A DNA stretch of 57,244 bases, taken from NCBI RefSeq assembly GCF_006345805.1, contig NW_021833632.1, positions 1-57,244 of the forward strand. The letters run 5' to 3'. Origin of the DNA: Octopus sinensis (Eukaryota). This document shows, one piece after another, positions 10,643 through 24,674 of this stretch. The notes beneath the pieces were generated by a model. It was not told the origin of the DNA. It saw nothing but the letters and a program-made list of their open reading frames with translations, and searched no databases. The position numbers were made by a program, and so were the translations under genes. Positions within the stretch are counted from its first letter, which is position 1. Every line of letters starts with the position of its first letter.

Positions 10643-11863
10643 TAATAATAATAATAATAATAATAATGATAGAGCTCCTGTGGGGACAGGTTAAATCTAA
10701 TATCATCATCCAGTTGCATTAAAGAAACAGCCAAAAAAATTGAACAAAAGATTCTTGCTTCTTTTTAATGTAAATCATCCGAGGAAAACGAATCATTCTT
10801 CCCACAATTATAATGAACACATGGAGTTACGATATCAAACCTATGCGTTGCCGCTGCAAAATTCGTGCGTGAAAGGGTAAATTACATGAGAGGCTGCAAG
10901 AACTATTTACATCGGAATTGTGAGAACTAGAACTAACCATATATGTATTCCTATTACCTCAGATATACACACTGCCATTTCTCGATTATACATCAACCAA
11001 TATAATATCAATTCTGTTCGAATTGATATACCAGAAATGATTTTCACGCAATTTATTAGTGCATCATTAAACTGAATATGAAATCAATAAAGAGATATAA
11101 GTAATTAAATTTTGAAAATTCTGGGAACTTTCGCCAATCCTAAGCCATGCACATATTCATGCCTGTTTCCATAGTATCCAGCGGGACAATGAGAACTCTT
11201 TTGTATGCGAGAAAGCATGTGTTGACAAATGTATTGGAACCACTTGCTTTATCTATCTGTTCACATGTGAATTTATGTTTGTTTTGTTTTGTTTTAAATA
11301 TTTATTTTGTAACGTGAGTATTGAATGCTTAAAACTACTAGTTTACTCGTTTCTTTTTGTCAATGAGGTGTTCTAGAAATAACAGCTAAATAACGTTTTT
11401 TGGATAAGTCTTCTAAAGTAATAGACATTTCTTTACATGAAAAAAATTATCGGAAGACTTTCATCTAATTCTTCCAATTCTTTCTGTTAAAACTGTATTG
11501 AAACCATTTACGGGGGAAAATTGTTATGTGTTTATCGCATGTAACGTGTTGTTTATCTCATTTGCCTAACATGCATATTGAATGCTTAACACTACTTGTA
11601 TACTCGCTTTTTTTTGTTGTTTATGTAGTTGTGAGGTGTGCTAAAAATAACAACTTAATAACATTTTTTTGAAGAAATCTTTTAAGTTCGTGCTATCGCA
11701 TTAAATCCATTTTGAATGCGTCAAACTACAAAACACTTGTTGATTACAAATATTGAAAACTTGTGCTATTTTCAGGATGCTAACGACCAAATGTGCAATC
11801 ACGCACAAAATGACAGCTTCCAAATCCTGTTTCCTGGCTGGTCGAAGATGACTATGCTTTAAT

Positions 11864-11931
11864 CCTAATACATCTGTTTGTTTTGTACACCACCTGTCTT
11901 CGTCTTTTGTTTTTTTTCGTAAACTCTCCCT
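11864..11931 (+). repeat. 3' terminal fragment of the HHR-bearing repeat family seen at 43934-44796
   Basis: CTAATACATCTGTTTGTTTTGTACACCACCTGTCTTCGTCTTTTG is the reverse complement of ~43956-44000. Ends at (TA)n. Confidence 0.8.
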
Positions 11932-11939
11932 ATATATAT

Positions 11940-11999
<60 letters not shown>

Positions 12000-12151
12000 C
12001 CTTTGTTTCTGACTTTTCGTTAAATGGCATGCAGCGTGACACTCGAATATCAGCCAACCAGTACACACACACACACACACACACACACAACGAGAAAAAC
12101 GCTATTAGGAAATTATGAATGAAAAAACAAAATATTAAATTTGTGACATAC

Positions 12152-12278
12152 CGATACCAAAGATGGCAGCGACGGCCATTCGCTTAATTTGCCATGGAGG
12201 AGAAAAGACGTGATCCATAAAAGTTTGACTATAGTAATAAATTCGGGTACAGCAAGCACTAATGTCATTGCAGCTATC
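12152..12278 (-). CDS. chs: Chitin synthase exon (not in ORF track)
   Basis: tttttctcttcacag/G...TCG/gtatgt; 127 nt, phase 2 to 0; (W)IAAMTLVLAVPEFITIVKLLWITSFLLHGKLSEWPSLPSLVS, with the VPE...WPS motif of the CHS N-terminal domain. Confidence 0.88.
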
Positions 12279-12559
12279 CTGTGAAGAGAAAAAGGAAAAT
12301 TGTTAAAAACCTTCCATCGAGGAAACGTTCTTTTTAAGATAAGACAAATACGATCGTGATTCCACGATATTGATTATTTAAAACTATTTTCAGAAAAATT
12401 CGTTCTTTTTTTTTCTCTCCTTTGCACTCAGTCATTCTATGTCTGAAAAGAAGTAAACTTTATTCAAATTTCAAAAATGTAATTTCTAATGTAACTGAGT
12501 TTGAAAAATTGGTTGCTAGATATTTTAAACCTTAACCCTAGCCCTAACCTTTTTTACAG

Positions 12560-13300
12560 GGTCTCCAAGATTGTCATCCTTGCATGTAGGGACGTATTTG
12601 TTATTCTCAGCAATTTAGGCTCCAAGTACAGAAAGTTACTGACCTCCACACGTTGTATATTATCACTGGAATTTATGGCAAGTGGCTTTAATTCTCATTG
12701 ATTGTCACGCTTTCATATTTCTTTGCATCAGGAAACTCAGTGATCTTGGCTGAAGAATTCTGAAAGGATTCTTGCACATCACATTGTTGATGAGATTTAT
12801 GGACGTAGTGAAACATTATATATATATATATATATATTAGGTTTTACTAACGTTTTGATCAATTGATGGTTAAGTTATGCCTTGGAGTTAGGAATATGTG
12901 TCAAGGATGTATCCATCTGAGTCAGAAAAAGAAAATGTGTTAAGATATCTTTCTGAAGGATACCTGCTAGCTAGTCTGTGATTTGCATAAAGCATGATGA
13001 GTTTCTATATGTGATGGTAATGGTTGTCTCATCTGGGACATCATATTTCAAAAGGTTATGTACCATGCACCTTTCTATCGATGCTATTAAATGATCTGGA
13101 TAAATCCACAAATACGATTGATGTTTTTACCTGGAGATTCTGAGCCCTTCTAAGAATCTCTTAAAGTTAAAGACCCGCGGTGATGTTGAGAAACCGTGCT
13201 GTAATATTGAATCAATAGGCGGGGGAAGGCTACAAAAGAATTTTATATCTTTGGAGCTAAAGACGAGAGAGAATGTAGTTCTGCGGCTGGGGAAGATCAC
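12560..13300 (-). mobile_element. Highly decayed RTE-like LINE remnant
   Basis: Minus-strand FVDLSRSFNSIDR resembles the RT motif FVDLxKAFDS. Boundaries approximate. Confidence 0.45.
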
Positions 13301-13772
13301 TTTCGGAAATCAAATAATTGGAGACTTTGAAAGAGCTGTTGGTTTGTTTTTTCGTTGCATATGTACTCTATATCATATACGTATATTATAACAAAACTGC
13401 AGAAAGGAAGCCAGATTTATTGCTATAACATTCATTCTGATTGCAAATAAAGGTAAATCTTTTCTTTTCTGTTATTACGTGAATATCTATAAATTTCACT
13501 CTTATATAGAATCCTATATATTTCGTGTATGTTTAGCAACGAGATCCTATATACATATATATGTTGTGTGTGTGTGTTAGTATGTATGTATGTACGTTCG
13601 TATGTATGTATGTATATATGTACGTACGTACGTATGTATGTATGTATGCATGTATGTGCAAACTCGTCTCCACACAAATTAGTCGATAAAGTATTTTGTA
13701 CAAACAAGATAACATGAACTGATTTCATGGATATTTTCAAAGAATTGTTATAAGAGAAATAGATGTACATAC

Positions 13773-13882
13773 CATGTTTCTTTGGATTCGTGCTCGTGAA
13801 GGTGCAATAAATAGAGAAAACTGATTTTGGTTAATGTAAAGAGGAATGTGTTTAAAATGAAGCCAATAATGTTGAACAGGAT
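13773..13882 (-). CDS. chs: Chitin synthase exon (not in ORF track)
   Basis: ttgtttttcag/ATC...ATG/gtatgt; 110 nt, phase 0 to 2; ILFNIIGFILNTFLFTLTKISFLYLLHLHEHESKET(W). The split codon TG/G gives Trp with the next exon. Confidence 0.85.
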
Positions 13883-13909
13883 CTGAAAAACAATAAAAAT
13901 AATAATAAC

Positions 13910-14594
13910 CTTTTCTATTATTGGCGCAAGGCCTGGAATTTGGCAGGAGGGGACTTGTCGGTTATATCGACCCCACTGCTCAACTGGTACTTATTTTATT
14001 GACCCTAAAAGGATGGAAGGTGAAGTCGACCTGACCGGCATTTGAACTCGGCGCGTGGCCCTCTGGTAGGAGTATAACACTCTTGATCATAAGATTCTGG
14101 TTTCGATTCCGGGATTGGGCAGTGTCTTGAGTTTTTGAACAAAAATGTTCCAGTCCACGTTTTTCCAGTCGTTGAGTAACCCTGTAAGGGACTGGCGACA
14201 TTTTTAGGGATGGGAAGTGTAGAGTGTATAGCCCTTTAGAATGCCTGCAGAAAAGTGTACTCCACTAGAGATACCCAGGGACCAAACGATGAGGTTAAAC
14301 CAGGAGAAACATTTAGGTTATCATTGAAATAGGCTGCATCAGAATTTGAACTGACAACGCAAAGAATCGTGACAAATATGCTTTTCTACGCTAGGCACAA
14401 GGCCCGAAATTTCTGGGGAGGAGGCCAGTCGATTAGATCGCCCCAGTATACAGCTGGTACTTAATTTATCGACCCCGAGAGGATGAAAGGCAAAGTCGAC
14501 CTCGGCGGATTTTGAACTCAGAACGTAGCGGCGGACGAAATACCGTTAAGCACATCGCCCGGCGTGCTAGCGTTTCTGCCAGATCTCCGCCTTA
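13910..14594. mobile_element. SINE cluster: Meta-core copies (13910-14049 minus, 14382-14594 minus) and a different tRNA SINE (14050-14200 plus)
   Basis: Family core matches; plus-strand head GGCGCGTGGCC..GGTTTCGATTCC. Confidence 0.75.
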
Positions 14595-14786
14595 GAAAGA
14601 AAACAGGTATTGCCAGACATCTTGTCGGATGCTGTAACATTTCACCTAGCCACCCAGAAGGATGAAAGGTAAAATCGAATTCGTTAGGATTTGAAATCCT
14701 TGGTAAACAATCGATTCATTCAGTCGAAATAAGAATGAAAAATATAAACAAAAACAAAAACGAAGCATCGGTAAAATGATTTTGAC

Positions 14787-14830
14787 CTGACTTGTCCTTG
14801 ACATGGCTGCTTTCAGCAAAAAACATTTGA
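14787..14830 (-). CDS. Tentative chitin synthase exon
   Basis: gttctgtgtcag/TC...CAG/gtcaaa; 44 nt, phase 1 to 0; (V)KCFLLKAAMSRTSQ. Bridges the 22198 donor to exon 13882 in frame, but the donor is weak. Confidence 0.4.
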
Positions 14831-16276
14831 CTGACACAGAACATAAGCTTTATATTCCTTACTATAGGATCAAGCCCTGATATTTGACTTAACTCGGTAT
14901 AGCTTAAATTTTCGTGGGTGAATACAACACATCCGTCTTATTAGATGGCTGGGGACACCGTAAATATACAAACTAAGTCTATTGAATGCTAATTTCTTTC
15001 GTTTTTCTCTTGTGCGTGTATATATATATATATATATATATTCATTCACGAAGAAATGCAGATAAAGAAACGAAGAAAAAAATCAGAGTGAGAAAGTTGG
15101 GGAGAAAAGAACGGGAGGTTTCGTTTCTTTATTATTATAAGCGAATAGTTTTTATACTGTTAATTTTTTTCCAGCTGTTGATCAACTCCAGTTAGCTGTT
15201 GAGACTAATTAAGGCAGTTAACCAGTGTAAATTTAAAATAAGGGGAAAAAATTAAACGTTACATACCTCAAAATTCATCTTATTTCTTACGTTTCGATAT
15301 CAGAACCTTCAAAGAAAATCAAATAAAACTGTTGCAATGTGTGAAGTTAGAATAAACAGAAAGAATAAAACGATAACACAAACATCATAGCACTTCTAAT
15401 ATCGGCACTAAGAAACATTTAAGTGAAAATGCTGGGTAATGACCGAAAGAATACGATCATGAAAAGAAACGGACGAAATAGGGGTTCCTTCCAAATTTAT
15501 CTTTCTTAATTTGTAGCTGGTACCTACTTTATTGGGCTTATAACCAAAGAGGATGTATCTTAGAGATCACTTCAAATGTGTGAAAGAACTGCAAAAATCA
15601 CTTCCAATTCATAGCCAACTGTCTAAGAAAGCGACACTTTAGATATTGTGTCCTAGTTGTATAGTGTCTGGAATAAAACAGGGGTTTAGAAGGTTTTGGT
15701 AAAAGTTTTGCTCAAGCATGGCTGCTACTGATACGTGGTTACATATTGTACGACGACGGAAAAAAATCGATTGAAATTACTCAAAGTATATCGCTGTCCT
15801 CAATTCTTTTGATCGCGGTAACAGAAAAAATTCAACTCTTGCACAGTATGTCGCAGTCATCAAGGGCCGTCGACATCTTGTAATGGCAAGATTTTAGGCC
15901 AGAAAGTTTGCAATATAACAATCTGTGACAGACACATTTACATCTGAAAGGGCTCTGTCAAAATGAAAAGAATTCTCTCAGTTTAGGATACACCGAAGAA
16001 TTTTTTATCATTAAATATTTCATATACGCGCTTCAATCACAAATCTTATTCAGCGCGACATTTCAATTATTCTATGAGGTGGTTCAACCTCTGTTTATAT
16101 TTCTGGAAAATATAAAGATGTCCAAATATTCGCAATGCTACTTCCTACAAATTATAAATTTAACCCAGCATCAACCAAATTATGTCCATTCTAACATCCT
16201 TTCATATTCTTCGTGTGTTGTTGAAGAGACAGAAAGGTGAATAGGAAATCTGGTTTTAATTTACTTACGTCGATTC

Positions 16277-17106
16277 GGCCATAACTGCAGAATTGTGCCC
16301 CGCCACTCATCATTTTTTTCCTTATAACTTTCAGGAAAATGGGTATTTTTGATGGCATTTTCTACAAATACCTTTCAAATGGTGTAGATTTCGATTATAT
16401 CAGAATTTTAAAGTAAAGAAAGACAAATAAAAAATGGGAAGGACGATATTTGACCCGTTTCGATTCTGATTTCCTCGAACAATTTAATGATTTAATTAAA
16501 ATTACTTTTGAGGACCATTCATTTTTTTTCCCAGAAAATTCTCTGGGAGAAACATTAGTAGAAAGGAAAGTATGATGCTAGATCTAATTGTTGAATACAT
16601 ATTGCTTTCATTATTTTATCTCAATCATAATCTCTCTCTTTTAAACAAGCTCAAAAGTGATCTGTCCCCTAAATGATCGTTTAGTATGTTAGAAATAACA
16701 GGAATCAAGTGGGTCTGGAAAATAAGATTTTGCTTTCAAAATAATTGTAATTAAATCATTAAATCAATGACGAAATAAAGTCGAGATGCTTGAAATATCC
16801 ACCCCACCCCATCCCTTTGCTTCCATTTTAAATTCTTATATAATCGTACTTTGAACAATCTGAAAATTATTTAAAGAAAACTACTTTAAGAAATACCCAT
16901 TTTTCTTAAAGCTATGAGGAAACAAAACTGAAGTGTTTGAAGTATCCGAAATTCCCCTCCCCAAACATTTTCCGCTGCAAATTCTGATCTTATCATGATC
17001 TACACCATCTCAAACATATTTGTAAAAACTTTCATTTACAAATATCCATTTTCCATAAAATTATGAAGAAACAAATTCAGCAGGTTACATTTCTGTAGTT
17101 ATGTCC
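16277..17106. mobile_element. Non-autonomous DNA transposon with long imperfect TIRs
   Basis: GGCCATAACTGCAGAATTGTG / CATTTCTGTAGTTATGTCC. Inverted similarity extends ~130 bp, with an extra internal copy near 16820-16930. Confidence 0.65.
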
Positions 17107-17857
17107 TAAATTCACTCAAGTAAGTAAAAAAAGTTATTTACGAGTTAATATTTACTTTTATTTAGTAAAAGACGAACGATAAAGCCGACTTAATCAGTTT
17201 TTGATTTCAGGGAATAAAGATATCAAAATATATACTGCAAGACAGTTTGCCTGATGTTTTAGTAAATACTCATAAAAAAAAATAATTTCAAGAATTGTCG
17301 TATTTGATGGCATATAGTATGCATTTTTCCCCCAAAAGGAGGTCTCAAAAACAAGAATCCCCGTGGGTGCTATATGCAAAAAGGCTTTAAATATTCCACG
17401 CTTTATTGCTCTAAAACGTTTCTCTGCTGAATATACACTGACAAAACTGGGGTGAATGTGATATGCGTTTGCTTCTATTATGCCATCTATTATGGTTTAT
17501 TGTGAGTGGATATGGTAGACGGAAACCGAAAAAAGCTCGTCGTATATGTGTGTGTGTGGGTATGTGTGATTTTGTGGATGGGTGTGTGATGGATTTTCTA
17601 CCGTCAATCTCGACGCATGAACGTCCTCTTGTTCAGTCAACTGGATGACCTAATTATACAAGTTGTGAGCAAAATGGCTGGGTACTCCACAGATAGGTGT
17701 ATCAGTGTGAATTCCAAGTAGAATCACCGTGACACTGTAATACACCTGTAATACAAATTCACTTATAATGCCTGGGATGATTAGAGATGTTAAGGACACA
17801 TTTCCAAGATGCCACGCACTGGGAGCCAACACGGGACCCCAAGGCTGTGTAGCGAAC

Positions 17858-17888
<31 letters not shown>

Positions 17889-18127
17889 CCTCTCTCTCTC
17901 TCTCTCGCACACACTCTCACACATTTTCGCTCGGTTGTTCTTTTGCTACGCCCTTGTGTACTTTTATCGATGAAAAATCTTATAAACCTGTTTTTGTTCT
18001 ACCCTGACTAATAGACATAGATATATATATCTCCACTTCTATCTCCCCCTCTCTCTCTCTCTCACACACCTTTATTGATTCTCCGACATGGCTGATAATT
18101 CTCTTTTGCAATATTTGTTTAGTAGAT

Positions 18128-21100
18128 GCAAGTCTGGCTGTTTGGTTAAGAAGCTCGTTTTCTGACCACTTTCCTTTGGGTTTAGTCCCACTCCATGGTA
18201 TCATGTTATTTATAATGCTTTGCGAGACGTAAACTGTGAGGAAGCCTGTTTATGTGTGTTGTGTTTGACGCCACTGCAGTTTCGCAACTGTTGTTGTTTT
18301 GTTTACTTGGGGCTCAGCAAAAGAGACCGATAGAATAAGCACCAGACTTAGAATTAAACACTAGGGTCGATTTTCTACGACAGTACCCTTTACGGTGGTG
18401 CCCCAGCTTAGTCGCAGTTTGGTAAGTGAAACCAATATGAAGAAAAATACATCAGTTGTTACTGCGGAAGCCTATACACACAACAGAAGATTTCTAGGAC
18501 GGCTTTATATTATGTACATCGACCAATTAATACAAGAAGATAGAGTAAAATCTGTTGACATGGGCGATAGGAACAGCTGATTGCATTTGTAGGAAGAAAA
18601 ACAGGCTTCGTGGGGACATTATTTTGTGTTGACTCTGCATAATTTATTTGTTAAAGTATATCCCCGAATAAATCGAATCGTTGGTTCATTTTATCGATCG
18701 CTGAATGAAAGACTAAATGAGAATAGTCTGTGGAGTTTGAACCCGGGAAAATATCTACCGAATTCTTTGTTAGACACGAAAACGGATTTTAAGCAGAAGT
18801 GAAATAACAGTTTCTACTAAAGGCTCAAAACTTGAAGTTTTTGTGGGAGTTGGAACTAATCGATTACATCGATCCCAGTGCACAAGTAGTTCTTATTTTA
18901 TCTACCCCCAAAAGGATGAAAGGTAAAGTTAATGACGGCGGTATTTGAACAAAAAGGCGCTAAGCATTTCATCTGGCATGCTAACAATTGTTGCAGGTCG
19001 TCGCCTTCAACAGACAACAAATATAAACATGACGTTGATCTCACCGCCCCGCATATAATATTCTTTTCTGCCATAGGCGCAGGGTATGATTTTTTTTTAT
19101 AGGGAAGGGAGGATCTAATCGATTACATCGACCCCACCAATGTTCAACTGGTACTTAATCTGTCGACCCCGAAAGCATGAAAGGCAAAGTCGACTTCGGT
19201 GGCATTTGAAACCAGAATGTAAAGACGAACGAAATTTCGCTAAGCATTTCATACGGTATGCTACTAATTCTGATGGGTCACCCCTTTGACGTCCCACATA
19301 CCAGCTGCATAAACTGAAAGAAAAAATTGGTTGAATCCGAAATGAAAGCCAAACAGCTGATGAGACTTGAACCTGAGAATTTATTTGTTGGAGTTCACCT
19401 AAAGTAAATAATAACGAAGAGTGTGGCCTATACATGGTCACCCCAGGTTAGAAATAGCAGTCAAAAGAATAGGAAAAAGGAAACCCTAAAATATTCTTTT
19501 CTGCTCTAGGCACAAGGCACGAAGTTTTGGGGGAGAGAGCCAGTCGATTAGATGGACCCTAGTATGCAACTGGTACTTTATCGACCTCGAAAGGATGAAA
19601 GGCAATGTCGACCTCGGCGGAATTTGAACTCAGAACGTAAAGGCAAACGAAACACCGCTAAACATTTCGCCCGTTGTGCTAACATTTCCGCCAGCTCGAC
19701 ACCTTAGAGATCCTAAAATATTGAAACATTATTGCTGAGATCGAAACCAGATCGATGAGAGTGAAAGGTCTTTCATCATTGTTGCGCAGTGTAAGAGATG
19801 GAGATCTAAAGAGTAATATCCCAACGAGGGAAGCTGATACATGGTCGTCCTATTTATTAAAATAGCAGCGTCATATCACATGACATCAGCTTCCAGACGA
19901 AGACAAATATAATGCGATTGAAGCAAATATTAAAACTTCTTCTGCTAAGAATGTTGTCGAAAGATCTGTTTTATAGACAATAATCAAAAGCGAAATTGAA
20001 TATGTAAGTTATAAGCTAAAACTATTTTGGGTGAGGTAAATAAGATTGTGTGATGTTCAGGCCTTTATCATGATCCAAATCAGAGTAACCGTAGTTAACT
20101 TCTTTCAGTCGGGAATTGAAACCAGCCCAGAGTCAGGTACACCTGAAGAATTTATTCCTTTGTTTTTTTGTATGGTCAGCCATTATGTCTCCACTCTTTG
20201 CCAAATGAAGACTCGCGGCGCGCAGTAGTTACGGTGTTGCACTCGCAATCGTAAAAAATTGTGGTTTCGATTCTCAGACCGGGTCTGATGTTGTGTTGTT
20301 GAGCAAATCACTTCGTTTCACATTGCTCCAGTCCACTCAACTGTAAATGAGTTCTAGTAATAGTTGGGAAGTTAACCCTGCAAGGGACCAGCATCGTGTC
20401 CGGTGGAAGTGCGAAGTTTGAGGTCTTGGTTACTCTTTCGTCATGGAAACCGGGTAAAACATCGGCCCATGATATTTGCCTGGTATTAACTTTTACGAAT
20501 ATGGACGAGTGAAACCTACAATGGGCATCGCTAGGAGTTGAACCTGATAAAATGTATGATCAAAGTGGAGTTCTTGCTTAACCTTGATGTTAGCCTTCAT
20601 CAAGAATAACCATCTCGCTGCTTTCTTGACAGTTTATTTTGAACGATATTATCCAAGGCGTTCTTCCTTTTAAAGACATGTAAAGTGTGATTTGAGGGGT
20701 GCGGTAGCAGCTAATTGTAAGAGGTCGAGTCACTGTGTGGATATCGTTTTCCTTTGTCGTGTTTCAGTCACTGGGTTGCAGCCCTGATTGCGGTGGGGGA
20801 TGACCTTGAAAGGGTTTAGTTAATCAAAGCGATCCCAGTACTTTTTTTAAGGCCGATACTTATTCTATCGTCACTTTTGCCCGAAGCGCTAAGTTAAGGG
20901 CATGTAAACTAACATTGGTCACTAAGTAATGCGGGGATGGGAGAATTGCAAACACAAAGCCTCTCCTACATAAATATATTCGAGGGCTTCCTCGCAGTTT
21001 CCGTCTGCCAAATTTACATGGCTCGGGGCTACAGTATAAGACAGCCGACCGAGGTACCACGAAATGGAAGTGAACTCGAAATTGTGGGATTACAAAGCGA

Positions 21101-21583
21101 GCTTCTTTGACACAGAGCCATACTTGCCGCTAGAAAGATATCAGAGAAAAAAAATCAAACAAGAAAAATAACAACAAAAAACATATGAAACATATTCAAA
21201 AAATAACTTTTGCTTGTCTGTCCAGTGTCACATTATATTGAAGCATTTGAACAGTTATAGGTTCAAGGTCTACTGGCAACGTTCATTGATGTAAACATAT
21301 ATTTCCTAATCTGATTAATTAGAGATTTCAAATTTTGACGCAAGAAAATATTACCATTACTAAATATCGTAAGACAGGGAGCTAACAGAATCATTAGCAC
21401 GCCGGTCAAAATGCTTACTGGCATTTCGTCCATCTTCATGTTCCGAGTTTAAATTCCACCGAGGTCGACTTTGCCTTCCATCTTTTTCGGGGTTGATAAA
21501 ATAAGTACCAGTTGATTACAGAAAGTCGATGTAATCGACTTACCCTTCTTAGATTGCTGGCCTTGTGCTAAAATTTGAAACCA
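18128..21583. mobile_element. SINE-dense interval: 18128-18440(+), 18810-19010(-), 19062-19288(-), 19495-19705(-), 20215-20490(+), 20755-21130(-), 21375-21583(+)
   Basis: Each matches one of three tRNA-SINE families seen elsewhere in the window. Boundaries approximate. Confidence 0.75.
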
Positions 21584-22197
21584 ATACCGTTCCATATTTG
21601 TAATGTTGGGATTTAGCGCATTTGCGACATTAAGGGAAAGCAATAAAGAACTCCATTCGTGGAGTTATACATCATTGCGAACATCGGAATGAATCGAACC
21701 TTGCCACGCTGGACATTAGTATGTACTGTTTATGTATAGAATTTGAGTTTCACTCATGCACGAAATCATGAAGAAGTTACCTTGAAAGATTTCAACATTA
21801 AGTTCTTAAACAGTTGTAAATGCAAAGAGAAAAACCAAAATAGCAAAGAATTATTGAGACGTTTTGTGTATGTATGTGTTGAATGGACAATTTCACGAGT
21901 AATGTAAGTTAAATATATAATGAGGATCAGGTTTTAAATATTCGAAATTCCCACAAATAATTAATCTAAATTGTAGATAATCTGATATAAGTTTCGTGTG
22001 AAATAAGAAATATGCAGTTACTAATAAAAACAGAGTAAAAAAAGAGAGAAACAAGCGAACAAAAGCTATGATTATTTATCCTTATACAAGAATAATGATT
22101 AAAAAAAAAGATAAATGCTATGAATTAAATGTATGATTTTATGCGTCAGTGCACAGGTAAGAACAGTCTAACGAAATAACTTAATCGTCTACTTTAC

Positions 22198-22297
22198 CTG
22201 GCTCCATTGAAATTTTAAAAGGTATATCAGACCATCTTATCCTAGCGTGTAGCTTCTTTGGTTTGAAGTAATGATCTGGACGCGATCGCAAAACGAA
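22198..22297 (-). CDS. Tentative first exon of the chitin synthase (ATG GAG CCA G at 22207-22198)
   Basis: Strong donor CAG/gtaaagt. The 5' edge TTTCAGTT could be an acceptor or an initiator-like TCAGTT. Gives MEP-VKCFLLKAAMSRTSQ-ILFNIIGF in frame. Confidence 0.35.
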
Positions 22298-22485
22298 CTG
22301 AAATCAAGGATGAAGGAATGGGCGATGTGGAAGTGGTGATGGTGGTTGCAGTTGAAGGTGGAGAGATGTGGGTGCGATGAGTAGGCGTACTGGTATAGGA
22401 GTGTAAGCTGTTTGATACCCTTTTTCCTTTTCTTTTTTAATGCTGTGATGAATGGAGCGTGCTCGAGAAGACTAAAGGTGAGTTG

Positions 22486-22896
22486 GGATCTTTTCGGTTT
22501 GAACGGCAGTTTTTTCTAGCGGTGTCATATGAAATTGTCCCCCATAATTATGACCCTAGTATCGATCTATTGCATTTCAATCTGTTTTAGGGTTAGGGGT
22601 GGGGGGAGGGTATCTTTTTTTTCTTCTCAAATGTAAATAAACCCAATCTGTTTCTTAAATGAGGGACATATTTATACGGCACAGAATGTTTTTTAACTCA
22701 ATACACGTCACTGATTGGTTGAAAATGCAGAAATTGAACAAATTAAAGACCAAATATCTTACAAACTATAGAATTTACTCAATAAAGCCAAGAGAAAAAG
22801 ATGTTTTATAAACACATTCTACCTGTATACAAAGTTTAAAATTTTTTAGTTACCTAGAGATTATGCTAAAAACTGCCGTTCAAACCGAAAAGATCC
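22486..22896. mobile_element. MITE with 29-bp perfect TIRs and 9-bp TSD (Mutator- or Merlin-type)
   Basis: TIR GGATCTTTTCGGTTTGAACGGCAGTTTTT at both ends; perfect TSD GGTGAGTTG (22477-22485, 22897-22905). Confidence 0.92.
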
Positions 22897-23862
22897 GGTG
22901 AGTTGTTCAAATATTTAACCCACAGCAACAACAACAGTAGTAATAATAACAATAATATTAGTTATTATTTATTTATTTATTAGCCACAAGGGCCTCAAAG
23001 ATACAATAAAACCCAACGTTTAGCAGGTTCTTACAAAGCCATTTATGGGGCGGGAGAAACAAACAATCCAGGGTGAAAAGTGAAAGACGTTATAAAATTA
23101 AATAAGGGAACAAGTTAAAATTTGTAATTACCCAGTTATCGTACTATTAATTTCAGCCAGTGGCTGTGGCCATACTTGGGCTGCTTAGAATAATTTTAAA
23201 AAGGCACAAAAGCACAATATACTTGAAATATAAGTAATAAAACATAAAAAAACTTAGGATTCTCCCTAACAAATTATATACAAATCACTGGCTAAGTCGA
23301 GTTTAGAACCCACATCCGTATTGCTCGTACTGCAACCACATTCGGTGAAAGGTGAGCGTAAAAATTCCTTTGTGGGCTGTTGTAGGAAACAACCCACGCC
23401 TTCAGGTGTAGCTTGTTTTATTTTATCATTATTACCTTTTATTTTTACTAACATCCTCTCCTTTGAGTGTTTTCATGTTCCAGCCTTATTGTTTTGCTTT
23501 AGTGTTCCACATTCGCACCGCCTGCAAAAATGTCGCATCACAAATGTATTACTTTTACCTATTAGATCTTCTTTTGATATTATAAAGATCATGGTTTTAT
23601 CGTTCTTAGTCATCATCATCATCGTCACTGATGTTCTAAAGAAGGGTGTCATTGCTGTACTGAAGCAAGTGCCCTTCCACATTTTGCATTTCTGTTTTGG
23701 TCTTTTTTCCTCTCTCTTTTTTTCATGTAAGTTTTCTCCTGACAATTTAGCGCCTATCTTTAACTTGTTTCAGTCATTAGACGGCAGCAGCCACGGCACC
23801 ACATTGAAGCATTCTAATCGCCCAAATCGTCCCTAGTACTCAGAACGTAGTAACGAGCGAAA

Positions 23863-24087
23863 TACTTATTTCTTTATTGCCCACATGGAGCTAAACATAG
23901 AGGGGACAAATAAGTACAGACAAGCCGATTAAGTCGATTACAGCGTCACTGGTACTTAATTTATCGACCCCAAAAGGATGAAAGGCAAAGTCGACCTCGG
24001 CGGCATTTGAACTCAGAACGTAACGGCAGACGAAATACCACAAAGCATTTCGCCCGGCGTGCTAACGTCTCTGCCACCTCGCTGCCT
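23863..24087 (-). mobile_element. Meta-core tRNA SINE
   Basis: Near-full copy with tail TTATTTCTTTATTGCCCAC, same subfamily as 30538-30755. Confidence 0.85.
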
Positions 24088-24088
24088 C

Positions 24089-24133
<45 letters not shown>

Positions 24134-24134
<1 letters not shown>

Positions 24135-24674
24135 TGCCAACATTATGGAATGACAACAGAAAAAAGATGGTATAGGCACACACCAGAAAAGGTCACAGAA
24201 AACGAGAAAGCAACCATACTCTGGGATATGCCGATACACACAGACAGAGAAATTAAGGCCAACAGACCAGATATAGTTGTCAGAGACCATGAAGAAAAAA
24301 AATGCTTTCTAATTGATGTATCAATACCGGCTGATGACAACGTGTCTCTAAAAGAAATGGAGAAACTCTCAAAATACAAAAACCTGGAAATAGAGGTAAC
24401 TAGAATGTGGAATCTGAAAACAGAAACAATTCTTATCATAGTAGGTGCATTAGGCATGATAAAAAAATATTCAGACAAATACATAACAAAAACACCAGGA
24501 CTTACAAACACATATAACATACAGAAAATTGCACTACTAGGCACTGCACACATCCTACGCAGAACACTTTCCATACAATAACCATCAGAGCATCACAACA
24601 AATCACAGCACATACCCAAGGCACACAGAGCTGCGCTCGGTAGTGAAGTGAAAGCACGCTATAAAAATAAACTA

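Noticed and set aside
10958-11071. Open AG-GT segment on minus (FNDALINCVK..., about 114 nt, phase 0-0)
   Set aside because: No chitin synthase similarity. Exons 12152 and 8053 already join with the expected WPS..GIVCS..E continuity.
19355-19385. Isolated CTGATGA matches (also ~5236, ~24331, ~53869)
   Set aside because: No stem II-GAAA-stem III context; such matches are expected by chance.
23266-23836. Coding-looking region with several overlapping ORFs
   Set aside because: No recognisable domain, stops in the best-looking frame and no consistent splice sites.
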